A stretch of DNA of 64,000 nucleotides from Lama guanicoe. Its lineage: Eukaryota. The DNA lies in NCBI GenBank assembly GCA_013239625.1, contig MU057344.1, positions 1,366,276-1,430,275 on the forward strand, given 5' to 3'. The notes beneath the pieces are model-generated. The model searched no databases, was not told the DNA's origin, and worked only from the letters and a program-made list of their open reading frames with translations. A program made the position numbers and the translations under genes. Shown here piece after piece: positions 1 through 12,835 of the stretch. How positions within the stretch are numbered: the first letter of the stretch is position 1; each line of letters opens with the position of its first letter.

Positions 1-599
1 TGTGGCCGCCTCTCCATGGGGCAGCGGAGTGACTGCTGGGCTGTGCTTGGTCGGACCCTCAGGCACTGAGTGCCCTGGTGGGCCAGTGGGGCTCACACCC
101 CACTGGCTGAGTGGTCCCTCAGTGACCAGTGCTGCAGCTGAGAGGCGGGGAGCACAGGGCCCCGAGTCTGCCTCGGGGTTCAGGGGCTGCAGCCTTGCTC
201 TCGCCTCCTGAGTGAACCCAGCCCAGACCTCAGCTGCCCTCCATGTGCGAATTAGCGCGGCCTCAGCGTCTCCAGAGCGTGCAGGCCGCTTTCGGATTTA
301 GGATGGAAGCTGAGATGAGCACAGAGGGGTTCAGCCCGGCTGCAGCCCTGCGGCCCCGGGGCTCTCTAGCCACACGGGGCAACCAGGGTGGGTGGGAGCG
401 TCGCGCAGCCGGGGACACCAGCCGGGCTCGGGCGCCCCGCGGGGACCTGGCCGAGCCCCGGTGCACGGCTCGCGCCGCTGCTGTTCGGAGGGCAGCGTGC
501 CTGACCCCGGGGCAGAAAGAACTTAATACACCATCCACGGCACGCTGATACCCTGAAACGGACGCTGATCCGGAAGCCGCTCCCCCGGACCCTAACAGG

Positions 600-1080
600 C
601 TAGGTGAAAGTTTCCATTTGGAAAAGAGGATTTTTGCTTCCTGTGCTTCGCGTGAGTCGCTTTCTTGGAGCGTGGAGCGATGGCCCCGCAGCCCTTATCT
701 TTGAACTCCCTGTACTTAACGCTTATTAAAATCAATACCGTCCATTAGGCGGCCGCATTTCCATTTTTAATCGTCTATTGATATACGGCCTGTGCTTTTA
801 TAGGACTAAACAAATTTCCGCTCTCCGTGCCCCTCCGCAGCCCGGGGGCAGGCGGTGCGCGCGGCCGCGGGACGTAAATGTTTATTTACTGCCTGCTTCC
901 TGATTGAGAACATGCCTGGTGCGCGGGCCTCGGATGGCGTTTACACGGGAGACTGACGGCCACTTCCTGTTTCCCAGACACAGCACACGTCTGTAAGGCG
1001 CGTAATGAATGCGGGGTATTGTGGACAGAATCGCCGGGCCGTGCCCAGCCCGATCGCCAGGCTTTGCTATTTATTTATCT
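600..1080. promoter_or_regulatory. Putative conserved non-coding element (enhancer)
   Basis: Non-repetitive AT-rich island in GC-rich flanks, with ATCAAT (731), CCATTAG (742), ATTGAT (777), TAAACAA (807), TGTTTATTT (879) and ETS-like CACTTCCTGT (961). Conservation was not tested. Confidence 0.5.
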
Positions 1081-2514
1081 CTCCGCTCCTTTCTGGGGGG
1101 CGGGCTGGGGGGGCTCGTCACAGCGCGGCTGTGTCCCCCGCTCTCTCCCCGGCTCCAGCAGATTTCTGTCCCAGGGGCTTTTGCCTGGGGACAGGAGGGA
1201 GGACGGGGTGACCTCAGGGACGGTTTCCATCCCCAGGGATCCTTCCAGAATAAGGGGCAGCGTGACTGCTTTCTGGGCCCTGCTTGTCCCTGCACCCTGG
1301 AGGCCGGAGGCGTCAGGGACCCGGGAGATGGCCCCTCTTCCCTGCTCTCTGACCACCTGCCAGGGCCCCCCTGGCCTTGGCCCTCGCCCGGGCCCCACCA
1401 CTGACTTCCGCAGAGCCAACAGTTTACACACAGTTTCAGAACTGGCACTGCAGGCACAGGGGAGTCTGAGACCGTTGCGGTGTTGACGGAGCTCACCCAC
1501 GTTTGGAGGCTGCAGAGGGGCCACGTGCAGGGGACTCTGGGCACCCGGAGGCTGCTGCCATCCCAGGCTTGGGTGGCCACTGTGGGCTGTGGCCAGTGCC
1601 CGAGGGGGCTCTGGGCGTGGAACTGGAGGGAGCAGGGGCTCCCGGTCCACCCGTGCCCTGTTCCTCCAGCTCCTTCCAATGGAAATCTTGCTTATCTAGA
1701 AGTTTCTTGGCAGGAATTAGCCTCGGCTACGAGTGGGCTTGCCTCCAACTGCCCCCCAGGGAGGCGACATTCCCCATTTGTGAACCAGGCGGATGTCCAT
1801 CGTGGCCCGGGCGTGGGCGGCTTGGGGCAGAGGACTCAGAAGACACACTGCCGGGGGGACGTGCACCTTGGAAGCTGGGGCTCGGCCTCAGGAATCAGCT
1901 AGACCTGTGCCTGGGCCTAGGGCCCTGACCTGCCCTGGGGCCCTGGAGAGCTGAGCTGGTAGGTCTGACAGGCGGGCAGAGCCCCGGGGCCGAGGCAGGC
2001 TGCCTCCAGTCGCAGGGCTGGGGGCCCTCGCAGGCCTCAACCACCGAATGGCTTTCTGGCTGTGTCCTGAGGCCTCCCAGGTATTTGGGGTGTTCCAAGG
2101 CCTCCTGGGTGGGGCGCAGGGCGGCCAAGTTCTGCTTCTATGGAGTCAGCTTCATTTCTGCCTTAACTTTTTGTTTTAAACTATTTTGTGGTTTGTGGCC
2201 AAACAGAATCCAGCTGCTAAAATAAGCTGAAAGTCATTTGTCTGCTCGGATGCCCGGTCCTCACACGTGGGGAGACTGAGGTCCATCTGGGATCATGTAG
2301 CCGAGGGATCGGAACCCTCACCCTCGGTCCGGGCTCTGTCCCGGGTCGTTCCCCGCTCACCGGGCCGAGGGCGTCGGAAGGGCAGGGTCCGGGCACAGGG
2401 ACCCTTCTCCTTGCTCCCGGGGGTGGGCACAGACCCACGGGCGCACCGCCGGCCACCCGGCGCACGACACCGGGCCGGCGAGCCAGGCTGTGGGCTGGCC
2501 GCGCGTCTGTGATC

Positions 2515-2720
2515 GGTGGCTCCATAAAACGCATTCTAATGAAAGGAACACACGGCGGAGGGCGAGGGCAGCCCTCACGCGGGGCTGTGTCACGGGGAAG
2601 TGTGCTTGTTAAAATGTGTAATGAGAGCCGTAACAAATCCCCAATATTGGGCAAAGCTGTCGTTAAATCCCTTAATGATAGTGGGGTTTTCTCTGGTGCG
2701 CCGCGCGGGCCTCTATAAAG
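2515..2720. promoter_or_regulatory. Putative conserved non-coding element with a perfect CArG box
   Basis: AT-rich island with several TAAT cores, CCATAAAA and CCAATATTGG (2641-2650), which fits CC(A/T)6GG. Confidence 0.45.
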
Positions 2721-5539
2721 CCTTTGGCGTGGCAGGAGGGGGCGCGGCAGAGGTGCGGTGGGGGGCGTCTGGAAACAGCCTTTCCTGGAGGCCGAGTGCC
2801 CTCAGCTGCTGGCGGCTTTGTCTGGGCCCTGAGCCGCGAACCCTGAATGGCAGGACGGCAGCCACGGTGCCGGCGGTCTGGGTGACGCCGGGGTGGGGTG
2901 GAGTTTCTGTCGCTTGCAATCCAGCGTCCTAATTAACGCTCCGAGTCTCCGTTTCCCACGTCCTGCGGGCGAGGCTCTTCCCTCCAGGCCTTCCCAAGCG
3001 GAGACCGCGCAGGGGGAGGGCGGCAGGCCCAGCTGAACCGCAAGTCCTCCAGGGGGTGACACTCCTGCCCTGGTGGCCTTGACCTCTGCGAGGACAGGAC
3101 TGGGGTCGCGCAAGTCCCTGCATCCTTGGGACGTCCCAAAGCCCGGAGGGCTCAAGGTTTTGAGTGACCGTCTTGGGGGTGGTCCTTGGCCACCTCGAAA
3201 GCTAGCCTGGACCCCAGCTCAGGGCTGAAGCCTGGCTATGCCCCTCGCAGCTCTATGACCTTGAGTGGCTCCCTTGTGGGCGCTGTGTCCTGTCTCTTGT
3301 CCCTGAAATGGAACCAGGGTCCCTAAATGGTGCTCCAAGTCCAGTGTCCCCTCAGGGTCCAGGGACCAGGCTCGTGGTGCAGTGGGGACGGCCAGGGCAG
3401 GCCCACCCCTGCAGTCCACCAGGCCACACCCCAGTCTCAGGGCTCCCGGGGCTCCCCTCCCCGCTCCTCCCCACCCCACAGTGTCGATCTTTGTCACCAA
3501 ATCATGTGTGTACCTGTGGGAGGACTAACCCTGTATGCACGCACACACGGACGCCCACACGGACACATGGACAAGAAGATGCGTGTGCACACGTCCTGTG
3601 TGAGGCCACGCCCTGCCCCACACACACATGCGCGCGTGCGTCCACCCAGTGCTCCTGGTCTCCGGTGGTGTGCGGGTTTGTGGGGAGCTGAGGGCTGGGA
3701 GGTGGGAGGGTCCTAGACCAGGTTGGACCACAAACACAGAGGTGACTGAACTTGACCTGGGAGGGCAGCGGCCACCTGCTGTGAGGCTGGGGAGGCGCTG
3801 CCCCTGGTGCCCCTCCTTCTCCTTGGGGAGGGTGTGTTGGGGGTATCTGGCCACTAGGAGGCTTCCCCTTCCCTGAGCAGCCCAGCGCTGAGTCCTTGGG
3901 GCCAGGGGAGAAGGATCATTGCCCCCAGGCCCCTGGGGTGCAGGGACTCCCTCAGCAGCCCCTTGTCCCTCAGACCCCTGGAAACCAAGGCCTCCCAGGG
4001 GGCACCATGCTCACGGGAAGCCCAACAGGACGTGGGTCTCTCCCGGGGGCGGGGACCCGCCGGCCAGCACTGGTGGGGGCTCCCGCCTGGCTGGGTGGGG
4101 TCGGAGTCCTGGGTCCCGGGTCTCCCGCCCCTGCTGGGTGCAAACATCCAGGTCAGCTCGGCAGACATTCTGCTTCCTGTGGCCCCGAAGACAAACCTGG
4201 GACGTGGACTCCTCCCACGGGCCCTTGCCAAGGGGCCACAGTGGGTCCTCCCAGGGCCTCAGGGGCCCCCTAATGACAGGTCACTCCTGCCCGCCAGAGA
4301 ACGAGGCCGCACTTGCCAGCCTCCCGCCCGGGCAGAGTGACACAGGCCGACAGGACCCAGGTGTGGAGGGTTTAACAGTCTGTGACCCGCCATCCACTCT
4401 CGGCTGGGTGTTAATGGCCAAATGTTTTGCAAGTAAATTACTAGAAAGAATTATTCCTGAGAGGCAGAGATTTGGGGGGGGTGGAGGGGAGAGAACTGAA
4501 CAGACGGGGCACGTTTGTTTCCACCCAGCACCCCGCCCGGCAGGGGGCCGAGAGGCCGGGCAGGCCTGCTCCTGAGGGAGGGGCTGGTGAAAGGGCAGTG
4601 AGCTCCCCGGACGGACCGCACCCCAGGAGCTGGTCCCTCTGCGGGAGGGGCTGGAGTGAGCGGCAGGACAGCCCAAAGCTCTGCGAAGTCCTCCCTCGGG
4701 GGTGCTGGGCGGAGCCGACCCTCTCGGCTTCCCCCAAGGCGGTCCTGGCACAGCCAAGGCCTGGGGACTCTGGATGGCCTGTCCTGCCCCAGCGTGTGTT
4801 CTGACCATATCTCAGAAATTGGATGAAGGAGTATGTCTGTGTCCCCACCTCCCATCCCCTGGAGAAGGGCCAGGGCTGTTGGGCAGTCCAGACGAGGCCC
4901 GAGGGCCTCAGGAAAGCCACGGGATGCTGCCGGAGGGGCTGGTTCTCCTGGGGCCCCCGGCTGCCCCGTCCTTGGAGGTGGTCTTCAAGCTTTGTCCTGG
5001 CCGGAGAGGAAGACACGGCAGGGCCAGGGCTCTCAGCAGTGACGGCAACGGTGCTTACCTGGCGGGTGCCCCACACAGGGGCTCCCGGCCGGCACGGGGC
5101 CCTGTCGCAAACTTGGCACCGTGAAATCAGTGCACTGATTCCAGGCACTGTGAGCCTGGGGATGGCTGGTGTGCGGGCTGTGCGAGCTGCCACCCAAATG
5201 CCACCCAGAGAGTGGTAGCTAGCCCTGGGCTGGGCCACCGTCACTGTCGCAGGGAAGCCCTCCCGGTTGCCCCACCCTCCATTCGAGGCCCCCGCTGCGC
5301 AGCGTGGGGTCGCCAGCGCTAGGAGCTCTGCCAGAGCTCGCGGTGAGTTCTCCCCGGCTCCGAGTCTCCGCCCTGGGATGACCCGCAGCCTGCACTCCGC
5401 TCCAAGGAGCAGACGCATCGCCAGCCTGAACTCGGGGAGGGGCGGGACCCGGGGGCCACGAAGGGAGCATGACTGGGCTCAGGGGATGCAGCTGCCTGGG
5501 TCCTGGGCCCCTCAGGCTCGCTGCAGTTCTGAGCCCCAT

Positions 5540-5660
5540 GAACCTTGTTGTTCCCATCTGTGAAATGGGGAGGCCCCCCTCCCCGGGTTTGTGAGCAGCA
5601 AAGGAAAACAATGAGAGTTTTCCTGGGAGTTATGCAAGGTCGAGTCCGAGCCTAGCGCCA
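5540..5660 (+). mobile_element. MIR SINE fragment
   Basis: ttcccatctgtgaaatgggg..ccgggtttgtgag resembles the MIR core (tttcctcatctgtaaaatgggg..agggttgttgtgagg). Confidence 0.55.
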
Positions 5661-6057
5661 GGTGTGGGCTCCTGAGGGGCCGCCTCCGGAGCAGGGGGCA
5701 TGGGTGCCCTCCCCGGCCTGGACAGGAGGCATCACCACTGAACTTAGGGGAGGTGGTGCTGCGGCCGATGGGGCATTGGGGTTCACCCGGCCCCAGGGTT
5801 GGAGACATGGCCTCTGTGTGCCCAGGAGAGAGGCCAGGGACCCTGCAGGAGAAGGGGCAGCTCGGACGGACAGGCGGTTCTGCACAGGCTCTCCCCAGAC
5901 CCTTCGCCCTCCGCGAAGGGCTCGCCTGCGTCTTTAAGACGCTAATGGGCCCTCTTAAAAAAAATGACAGTTTGCTTGCACACTAACAGGTTCTCGTCTG
6001 ACATCAGCAGGGAATCAAAGATATTTTATTATTTGGAAACTCCATATAGGGAAGGCA

Positions 6058-6253
6058 NNNNNNNNNNNNNNNNNNNNNNNNNNNNNNNNNNNNNNNNNNN
6101 NNNNNNNNNNNNNNNNNNNNNNNNNNNNNNNNNNNNNNNNNNNNNNNNNNNNNNNNNNNNNNNNNNNNNNNNNNNNNNNNNNNNNNNNNNNNNNNNNNNN
6201 NNNNNNNNNNNNNNNNNNNNNNNNNNNNNNNNNNNNNNNNNNNNNNNNNNNNN
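6058..6253. other. Assembly gap (196 N)
   Basis: Run of N. Confidence 1.
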
Positions 6254-6919
6254 GGAGGTGAAATCAAATGGAATAAAAAGGCCATTGACTGCAGGCTCCC
6301 TGGGGCCCCTCCTGCCCTGGCCCCTTGGGGCGGGCTGGCCGCGTTCGGCAGCTCCCCGGGTCGGCTGCCCGACACCCTGGCCGGAGCTGCTCACCGTCCT
6401 TCTCCACGGGCAGGACACGGGCCTCGGGGCTGCAACAAGGTCTGCCTCCCGAGGGCCGACCTGGGACCCTCGCCTGGGTGGGGAGGGGTCTCTGGGTCTC
6501 TGGGCTGGAAGCTTCCTGTGGCCTGTGTGGCCCCAACCATCTGGGGCTGGCGGCCTGAGGGGTCTGCCCTGGGTCCCTGCCCTCAGCCACCAACGCCCTG
6601 TGGTGGAAGACGCCTCTGCCGCCTTGGGCCACGGCCAGCTGCTCGGATTGTCACCTGGGAGCTGGCTCTCTCCCAAAGGGCCTGCTGTACCTCAGAATCA
6701 GACTCAGATGGCGGACGCAGAGGCTGGCCCGCCGAAGGCAGCGTAATGGGCTGGTCCTCTGCTCTGGAGAACTGCAGACTTCTGAGAGGTTTTGGGGACC
6801 CCGGGACTCTGGCTGCCACTCCGTCCTCCCAAGCCAGACCCCACGTCCTGCTCAGGGGCTGCCTGTTGCCCTCGGGGTGACATCTGTCACCTAGGCCTTT
6901 CTGCTTGGCCGCAGGCCAC

Positions 6920-7260
6920 GGCTCCCACCCCCGCAGCTCCGCCCACCCCTGGCTTCCCTCACACCGCCCGCCGGATTGTTCTCCCTGCCCAGCTGCCTAA
7001 GCCACTAACCCCTCAGCCGTCCTTTCCTCTCGGCCAGGCCCCGCCCCAGGTGGAACTGGGGCCTCCTTGTCTTCCCGAGCCCTGTCCATCCCTGTCCCAG
7101 CTCTGGCCACCCTGGACTCTCACTTCCCAGCTACCAGTCACCTCCCCACTGGACTGAGACCCCACTCCCAGGCAGGACCAGCCCGTGTTGTCCTCGTGTC
7201 CCCAGGCCCCACACAGGTCAGGCCCTGAGTAGTGGGCACAGTGTGTGCTTGAGGAAGGAG
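6920..7260 (+). mobile_element. Degenerate L2 LINE 3' fragment
   Basis: ggactgagac..ggcaggacc..gtgtccccaggccccacacagg..tagtgggcacagtgtgtgcttgaggaagga follows the L2 3'-end consensus layout. Confidence 0.5.
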
Positions 7261-8849
7261 GGCACCAGGGAGCTGGAGGGGACAGTGGACCCTGTCCTCC
7301 CACATGTGCTGGGGCCATACTTGCCCCTGGGTGGCTGCAGCCACCTGCCAGAGCCCTGCGTCTCCCTCGACAGAGCCGCCACCTGTCCGGGACCCCTCGC
7401 CCCCGGTCATCAGGCTCACTGGGCAGCAGCGGGGAGGGCGGGGGTCCAGGGCTGCGGACTCTGGGCTCCTCCAGGAGGGCTTCTCAGGGTAGTCCAGGAG
7501 CCCTGGGCCCTGCGCTGCAGCCCCGCTGAACTTGTCACCCAGGAAGGAGCGAGTCGGGCAGCCCCTTGCCCCGAGGTGCTCTGCCTGCGTCCTCACTGGG
7601 GCTCTCCCACCCAGCATCTCCCCTCCTCCCCCCTCTGCTCCCCTGTGTCAAAGAGGACACGGAAGAGAGGCCAGACAGCCTAGGACTGGACACCAAGCAA
7701 CCGAGAGGCCCTGGCGGCAGGGAGTGGCTGAGAATTTCGGGAGGTGGTGCCCCCCATCGCACAGCTGGCCAAGCTGGCTGGGGAAGGACAGCTGGGGGCA
7801 GGCGGGGCCCAGGGCCTCAACGTGCGGGCATCAGTGAAGGTGCTAAGTGCCTGTGTGGAGTGTGTGCACGTGTGTGTGAGCTTGCGCACGTGGAGAGCCC
7901 GGTCCCCACTGGGGAGTCCAGGAGTCCAGCCAGGCCAGGGGGGTAGGAGAGATGGGGCCGTGCCCAGGGGACAGGGGCGGCCCTACCTTCCTCCTGCTCA
8001 TGAGGACTCTGCCTGGCCCGGGGCCTAGCTGCCCGCCCTTCGAGCCCCCGGCAACACACCCCGCTCCCGGGAGCCTGGCTTCCCAGGCCAGTCAGCTCCC
8101 GTGGCTACTCTGCCCTGCCCTGCCTGCACTTCACACCCCGTTTCCAGCAGCTTTGCAGCGACCTTGGGGCAGGGATGTGTGGGCCCTGGCTGCCTTGGGT
8201 CCCTCTCTTGGACACTCACAGGCGACCTCTGCCCTCTGGTTTGGGAGGATGTTCCTGCTGCCCCTCCCCATCCTGGCACGACCAGCTGGCCTCTCGTGGC
8301 AGAAGGAAGGTCAAGGGGTTAGAGGGAGGGCATGTTCCACGGATGGTCACTGTGTTCTGGGATGCACATGGCTGGGAGAGCTGGCTGCCCGGCTGCGACA
8401 GCCGTTGGAGGACAGCAGAGATGTCCACCTGCTGGAGTTGGACTCTGAGGCTGGGCTCAGGCAGGGCGGCTGTGGACACGACCTCCCCTCCTTCCTGGGG
8501 ATGTCTCCTGTCTCAGGGAGGCACCTTTGAGCAAGCTGCACAGCCTCCACGTCAGCCCTCTGCATCCTTAGGCCACCTGGCCTCAGAGCTGGGGGCTGGG
8601 CTGGACTTGGGCTGAACTTGGGGTGCAGGACCCAGATTTGAAGATCCCCAAATGCTCGATGGAAGAGGGCCTAACCCTTACGTTCTCGCAGGAATTTTCC
8701 CCGGGCCCCGCAGGGAAGGAGGCAGCGCTGCAGAGTGAAACACGTCCTCAGCCCCCGCGTGTCCTTCCAGGCCGGACCTGGCCGTGTCTGGCCAGCCCTG
8801 CGCGGCCCTTCTGAACGTTGACTCCGGAGAAACCCTTGGTTTGGTCTCG

Positions 8850-8980
8850 CTCTTACCAAATAGCATTTTGATGAGTTAAGTGTGAGAGAATTAAAAACAA
8901 CCCGATTAAATTTCCTTTATAAATACACATGGGTTTGGAAATCAAGGGGAAAGCGGCTTTGAGCTAATAAAATGCTACGT
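8850..8980. promoter_or_regulatory. Putative conserved non-coding element
   Basis: Sharp AT-rich, non-repeat island with AATTAA, GATTAA, TTTATAAA and TAATAAAA. Confidence 0.35.
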
Positions 8981-11289
8981 GCACCTTCCCCGCGAGTGTT
9001 CGGGGAAGGCGGCTGACAAGTCCTCGGAGCCCGGGCGCCCCAGCTCAGAGTCCAGGGCGAGCGGGCTCTGACCCAGCTCCCTGGCCGGGGAGGCGGCCTC
9101 CCCTGTTCTCATCCCAGCACAACAGCTGAAGAAAACCTTCAACACCTGTGGGTACCACTCGCCACCTGTGCATCTCATCCAAGACCCGTGGCCATGCCAA
9201 CGGGAGAGTAAACTGAGGCAGGGAGGGTGGTGTGCACACGGGGCCTCCTTGCCTGCAGGAGGGGCAGCTGGGCACACGGCACAGGGGGTGGGGTTCGGGC
9301 AGTGGAACGTTTGAGGTCATTGGAAAGGCAAGCAGAATCATTAACAGCTCCAAAAATAACCCCACAAGAGTGAGGTTCCCAGGGGGCTCCTCCAAGCCAT
9401 GGAGTTTGGATAAGCGGGGGCAGCTCTACTGGAGTGTGGTGGGCAGGGCCTTGGCGAGGCAGGCCCCCGCCTGTGTCCCACAGCCTGCCTGGGCTCCGTC
9501 TGCAAAAGGGGCCTCTGAGAGATGTGATGGAGGGTGAACTCATTCATTCATTTACTCACCCCCTGCCATAAAGGGTTCGGGGCAACGCAAGTCCTCTCGG
9601 GCCATGGAGGCTCACGTGCCAGGCCCCGTGTCCTTCCATGATGGCTTCGGTGGGGCCTTTACGGGGTGTGGTTGGCATCCGAGGGGCTGCACTGTTCAAA
9701 GCCCGCCCCGATAAGTTCTGACACGTGCACACACTGCAAAACCACGACCACGGTCAAGACAGAACACACCCATCGCCCGAAAGCTGCCCGCACCCGCCAT
9801 CGCCTCCCCTCCACGCCAGCTCCCGGCCCCGGGGAGCGGAACCGCGTCCTACCCGCCAGAAGAGCTGGCGTTCCTAGAGTCTTGCACAAGCAGAGCCACC
9901 CGGGGTGAGCGCTCCTTGACTCCGAGAAGTCATTTTGAGAAGCATCCCGTTCTGTCTGCCGACTGTGCAGCCCCTTAACGTGCCTGGCAGCGCGAGCGGG
10001 CGAGGGGCGCTGTGGGCCTGGAAAGGCTTTGTCTCCCTGGTGCGTTGGAGAGGCGCCGTCGCCGGATGCGGGCTCTGAGTTCACAGCTGTTTTTTCCTGG
10101 ACCATCTCCGCCGCCGTCTCACCTGTATCGTTTCAGACACGCACGCTGCGGCCATCCTTACTGTTCCGTTTCTGCGCTGCTGTGCGCGTCGCGGCTTTCC
10201 CAAACGGCTCTTCGTTGGCTGCTCGTCAAAGGTCCCCATGTCCCTGTTTGGAGCCTCCTGATTACAGCCACATTCTCTTTAAGCATGTGCTAAATGATCA
10301 ACCTTTATAACCACCCTCTCAAATGAAAAGTAAACAGGTAACAGGGGACAGGGACTTCGGGACCTGATCCACGGTCAGTTACCCGGCTGGCAGGTGGCAC
10401 AGATGCAACCTGGGCCCCATCCACCTCGTTCTGCGCCGGTGCCCATGGCTGCGGTGCCAGGCCCGGCCCATGTGTGCTGGTCGATGGGACCTCGGGGGCC
10501 ATCCCACTTGGAGGCAGCGAGGCCCCTGGATGGATGTTCCCTTGGCCCCGTCTGCCGGCGAGGAGGCCTGCTGGGGTCCTGCACCAGCTGTGCGGCTAAC
10601 ACTGTGCAAACGCTTTTAGCTTTTACTGTGAGGTTTTCTTCACTTCAGAGTCCTTTTCTCTTCGCTGTCTGCTCAGACTAGCTGGGCAGAAGCTGCCGGT
10701 GCGGCTGCCATGATGGCTAAATTTGGAGAATCAGAGCAGGCCTGGCATCCAGCACCGGCCCACGTGGCCACTGCAGACCGGCCTCCTTTGCTCCGTCCCG
10801 GCTGCCTTTGGGCCAGCGGGCTGGCAGCCTGAGGGCAGAGCGCCTGGACCCTCTCCGACACCCAGGGCCCATGCAGGTGGACAGCAGCGAGCAGACCCTG
10901 AAGACAGAGGCTGCAGGGTGCGGCTGCTGCCGGGAGCTAGGTGAGGTCCTGCGCGCCGTCACCAGGCGCTTTGGAGGGTCAGCGCCTGTCTGGGGCACAC
11001 ACGGGTCCTGCCCTGAGGGGTGGCCCAGGGAGCTGGGGAGGACGCCCTGCAGAGAGGGGCAGCGAGGGGGCAGGAGTGCGGGGCCAGGAGGGGCTGCTCC
11101 CCGGGCCCCGTCCTGCCCTTTCTCACTGACGTGGCACCCACCTCGGGCAGCCAGCTCCCGGCTCTGGAGAGACCACCGCTGCCAACCCTGACTGGCGGCC
11201 TCCGCGGGAGCGCCGAGAAGCCTTTTTTTGGGCTGAGTTGCTCGGTTTTCCCCTCCCCGCTGGGCCTGTTCCAGGGACGGCAAGCACAG

Positions 11290-11840
11290 GGGGTTGCAAA
11301 TGAAGAGGCATCTTTGTTTCGTTAATTGTGCCCGTTGGAAAACTCCGGTGTTAATATTTATGAGAGATGACCTAATATCCACGCCGCCTGCCGTGTGTTT
11401 GCTTAACATATATAATGTGGTTTGGGGGCTGTGTTTACTTTTTAACTGCCTTGGTGAGGGGGGCCCGGCCGACCTCCCCCACCACGGAGGGAACTGCCTC
11501 CAGTTCACCTTTCAACGGCTTCGGAAAGTCCTGGGGACCCCCGCTCAGCTCGGCCCGGGGTCGGGGGTGCTGCGGGAGCTGAGGGCGCCAGAGGGGGCCC
11601 AGGGTGCTCTGCGGGCACGCGCCGCTCAGCCCCAGCCCGCACACGCGGGGCGCAGGGAAGGCGAAGTTCTCCAGGAGGAGAAAAGACAGTGAACAGTTTC
11701 TGGAAACAGCTCCTTGGGTTGTTGTAAGGCAGTGATTTGAATAAGCGCCTTCTCCTCACTGCTCTTGAACATAAAGGCAATTGTCTTGCCCTGAACCAGC
11801 TGCCAGTTTTATCATAAACTGATTTTTGCCTTTAGCATCT
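11290..11840. promoter_or_regulatory. Putative conserved enhancer (two AT-rich blocks)
   Basis: TGCAAAT (11295), CTTTGTT (11312), TAATTG (11323) and TTTATGA (11357). A second block at about 11690-11840 has TGATTTG and TTTATCATAAA. Confidence 0.5.
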
Positions 11841-11944
11841 GCTTGTGCCTGCATTCGCTGGCCAGGCGTCAGAGCCGCGGCGCCCGGCTCGGGCCTTTCC
11901 GCCAGAGGCCAGGGAGGGTGTGTTCGGGGAGGACAGCGGGCCCG

Positions 11945-12075
11945 CGAGGCTGCTTCACAGCTGCGTGACTCTGGACGGGCTGCCTCACCTCTCTGAGCCC
12001 CAGGTCCCCCTGGTGGGAGTGAGAACAGGAACAATTTCTGGCCCCAGGGGTTGTCATGAGGGTTAGAAGGAGCAC
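11945..12075 (+). mobile_element. MIR SINE
   Basis: agctgcgtgactctggacgggctgcctcacctctctgagcccca..ggggttgtcatgaggg matches the MIR central/core consensus. Confidence 0.7.
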
Positions 12076-12777
12076 CTGGTCCACGCTCAGCCCTTCTGCC
12101 TGGCGGTCAGACCTGCTTCCTGGTGGGTGTCAGCACGAGGGCCCGGTGTCCGGTGGTGTTGCTCAAAAACCCCAAAGGGCCCGTGATGGGCCCTCCACCC
12201 TCCCCGGCGAGCTCAGAAGATGCATCAGACTAGAGGCTGACTCCTGGGCTCAGCCAGCCGGTTGCCTTGGAGACCCCGAGGTGGATGGAGTCGGGGCTCT
12301 GGGCAGTGGGAGGCCTGCACCAGGCCCCGGCATCGCCCGGAAGGGGCTGGCCCCAGCGCTCCCGAGGTGACAGGCAGCATGTCTGCTGAGTGGCTTCTGT
12401 CAGCTCCAGACACGTGAGGTCTCTGTGATCAGAGGTTCTGGGTGGTTCTAGCTGGGAGACCCATGTCTTGAGTGTACCCCTGATAAAAAGTAACCGAGCA
12501 TGTCAGCAGGGACCCCTCCCACGTCGTGAGGGGCCCCTCTCCTGGGCACGGACCTTGCCCAGTGTGGGGACAGAAATGATATGGGGTGGGGTGTCCCGCA
12601 CAGCCTTCCTACTGGGGATCTGCAGCCAGGTGTGGGACCTCCCCGAAACCCACCAGAGATGGGAGCTCCGAGTCGCACCCAAGGTGAACAGGCAGGACCC
12701 CTGGCCGGTCCCTTCCTGGGTCCAGGCGTGCAGTGGCCCTCTCGTGTTGTTCCCACACCGCCCTCTGGGGCAGGCGG

Positions 12778-12835
12778 GGTCCCCATTTTGCAGCCTCAGC
12801 ACTGAGGCTTCGAGAAGTTACTCAGATAGTGCCCG
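12778..12835 (-). mobile_element. MIR core fragment
   Basis: tccccattttgcag..actgaggcttcgagaagtta resembles the reverse MIR core (ccccattttacagatgaggaaactgaggctcagagaggtta). Confidence 0.5.

Noticed and set aside
4441-5418. 325-aa minus-strand ORF
   Set aside because: No homology recognised; composition matches background GC-rich non-coding sequence.
5964-6746. ORFs spanning N gaps (also around 37.0-37.6 kb and 37.8-38.6 kb)
   Set aside because: Artefacts of translating through Ns.
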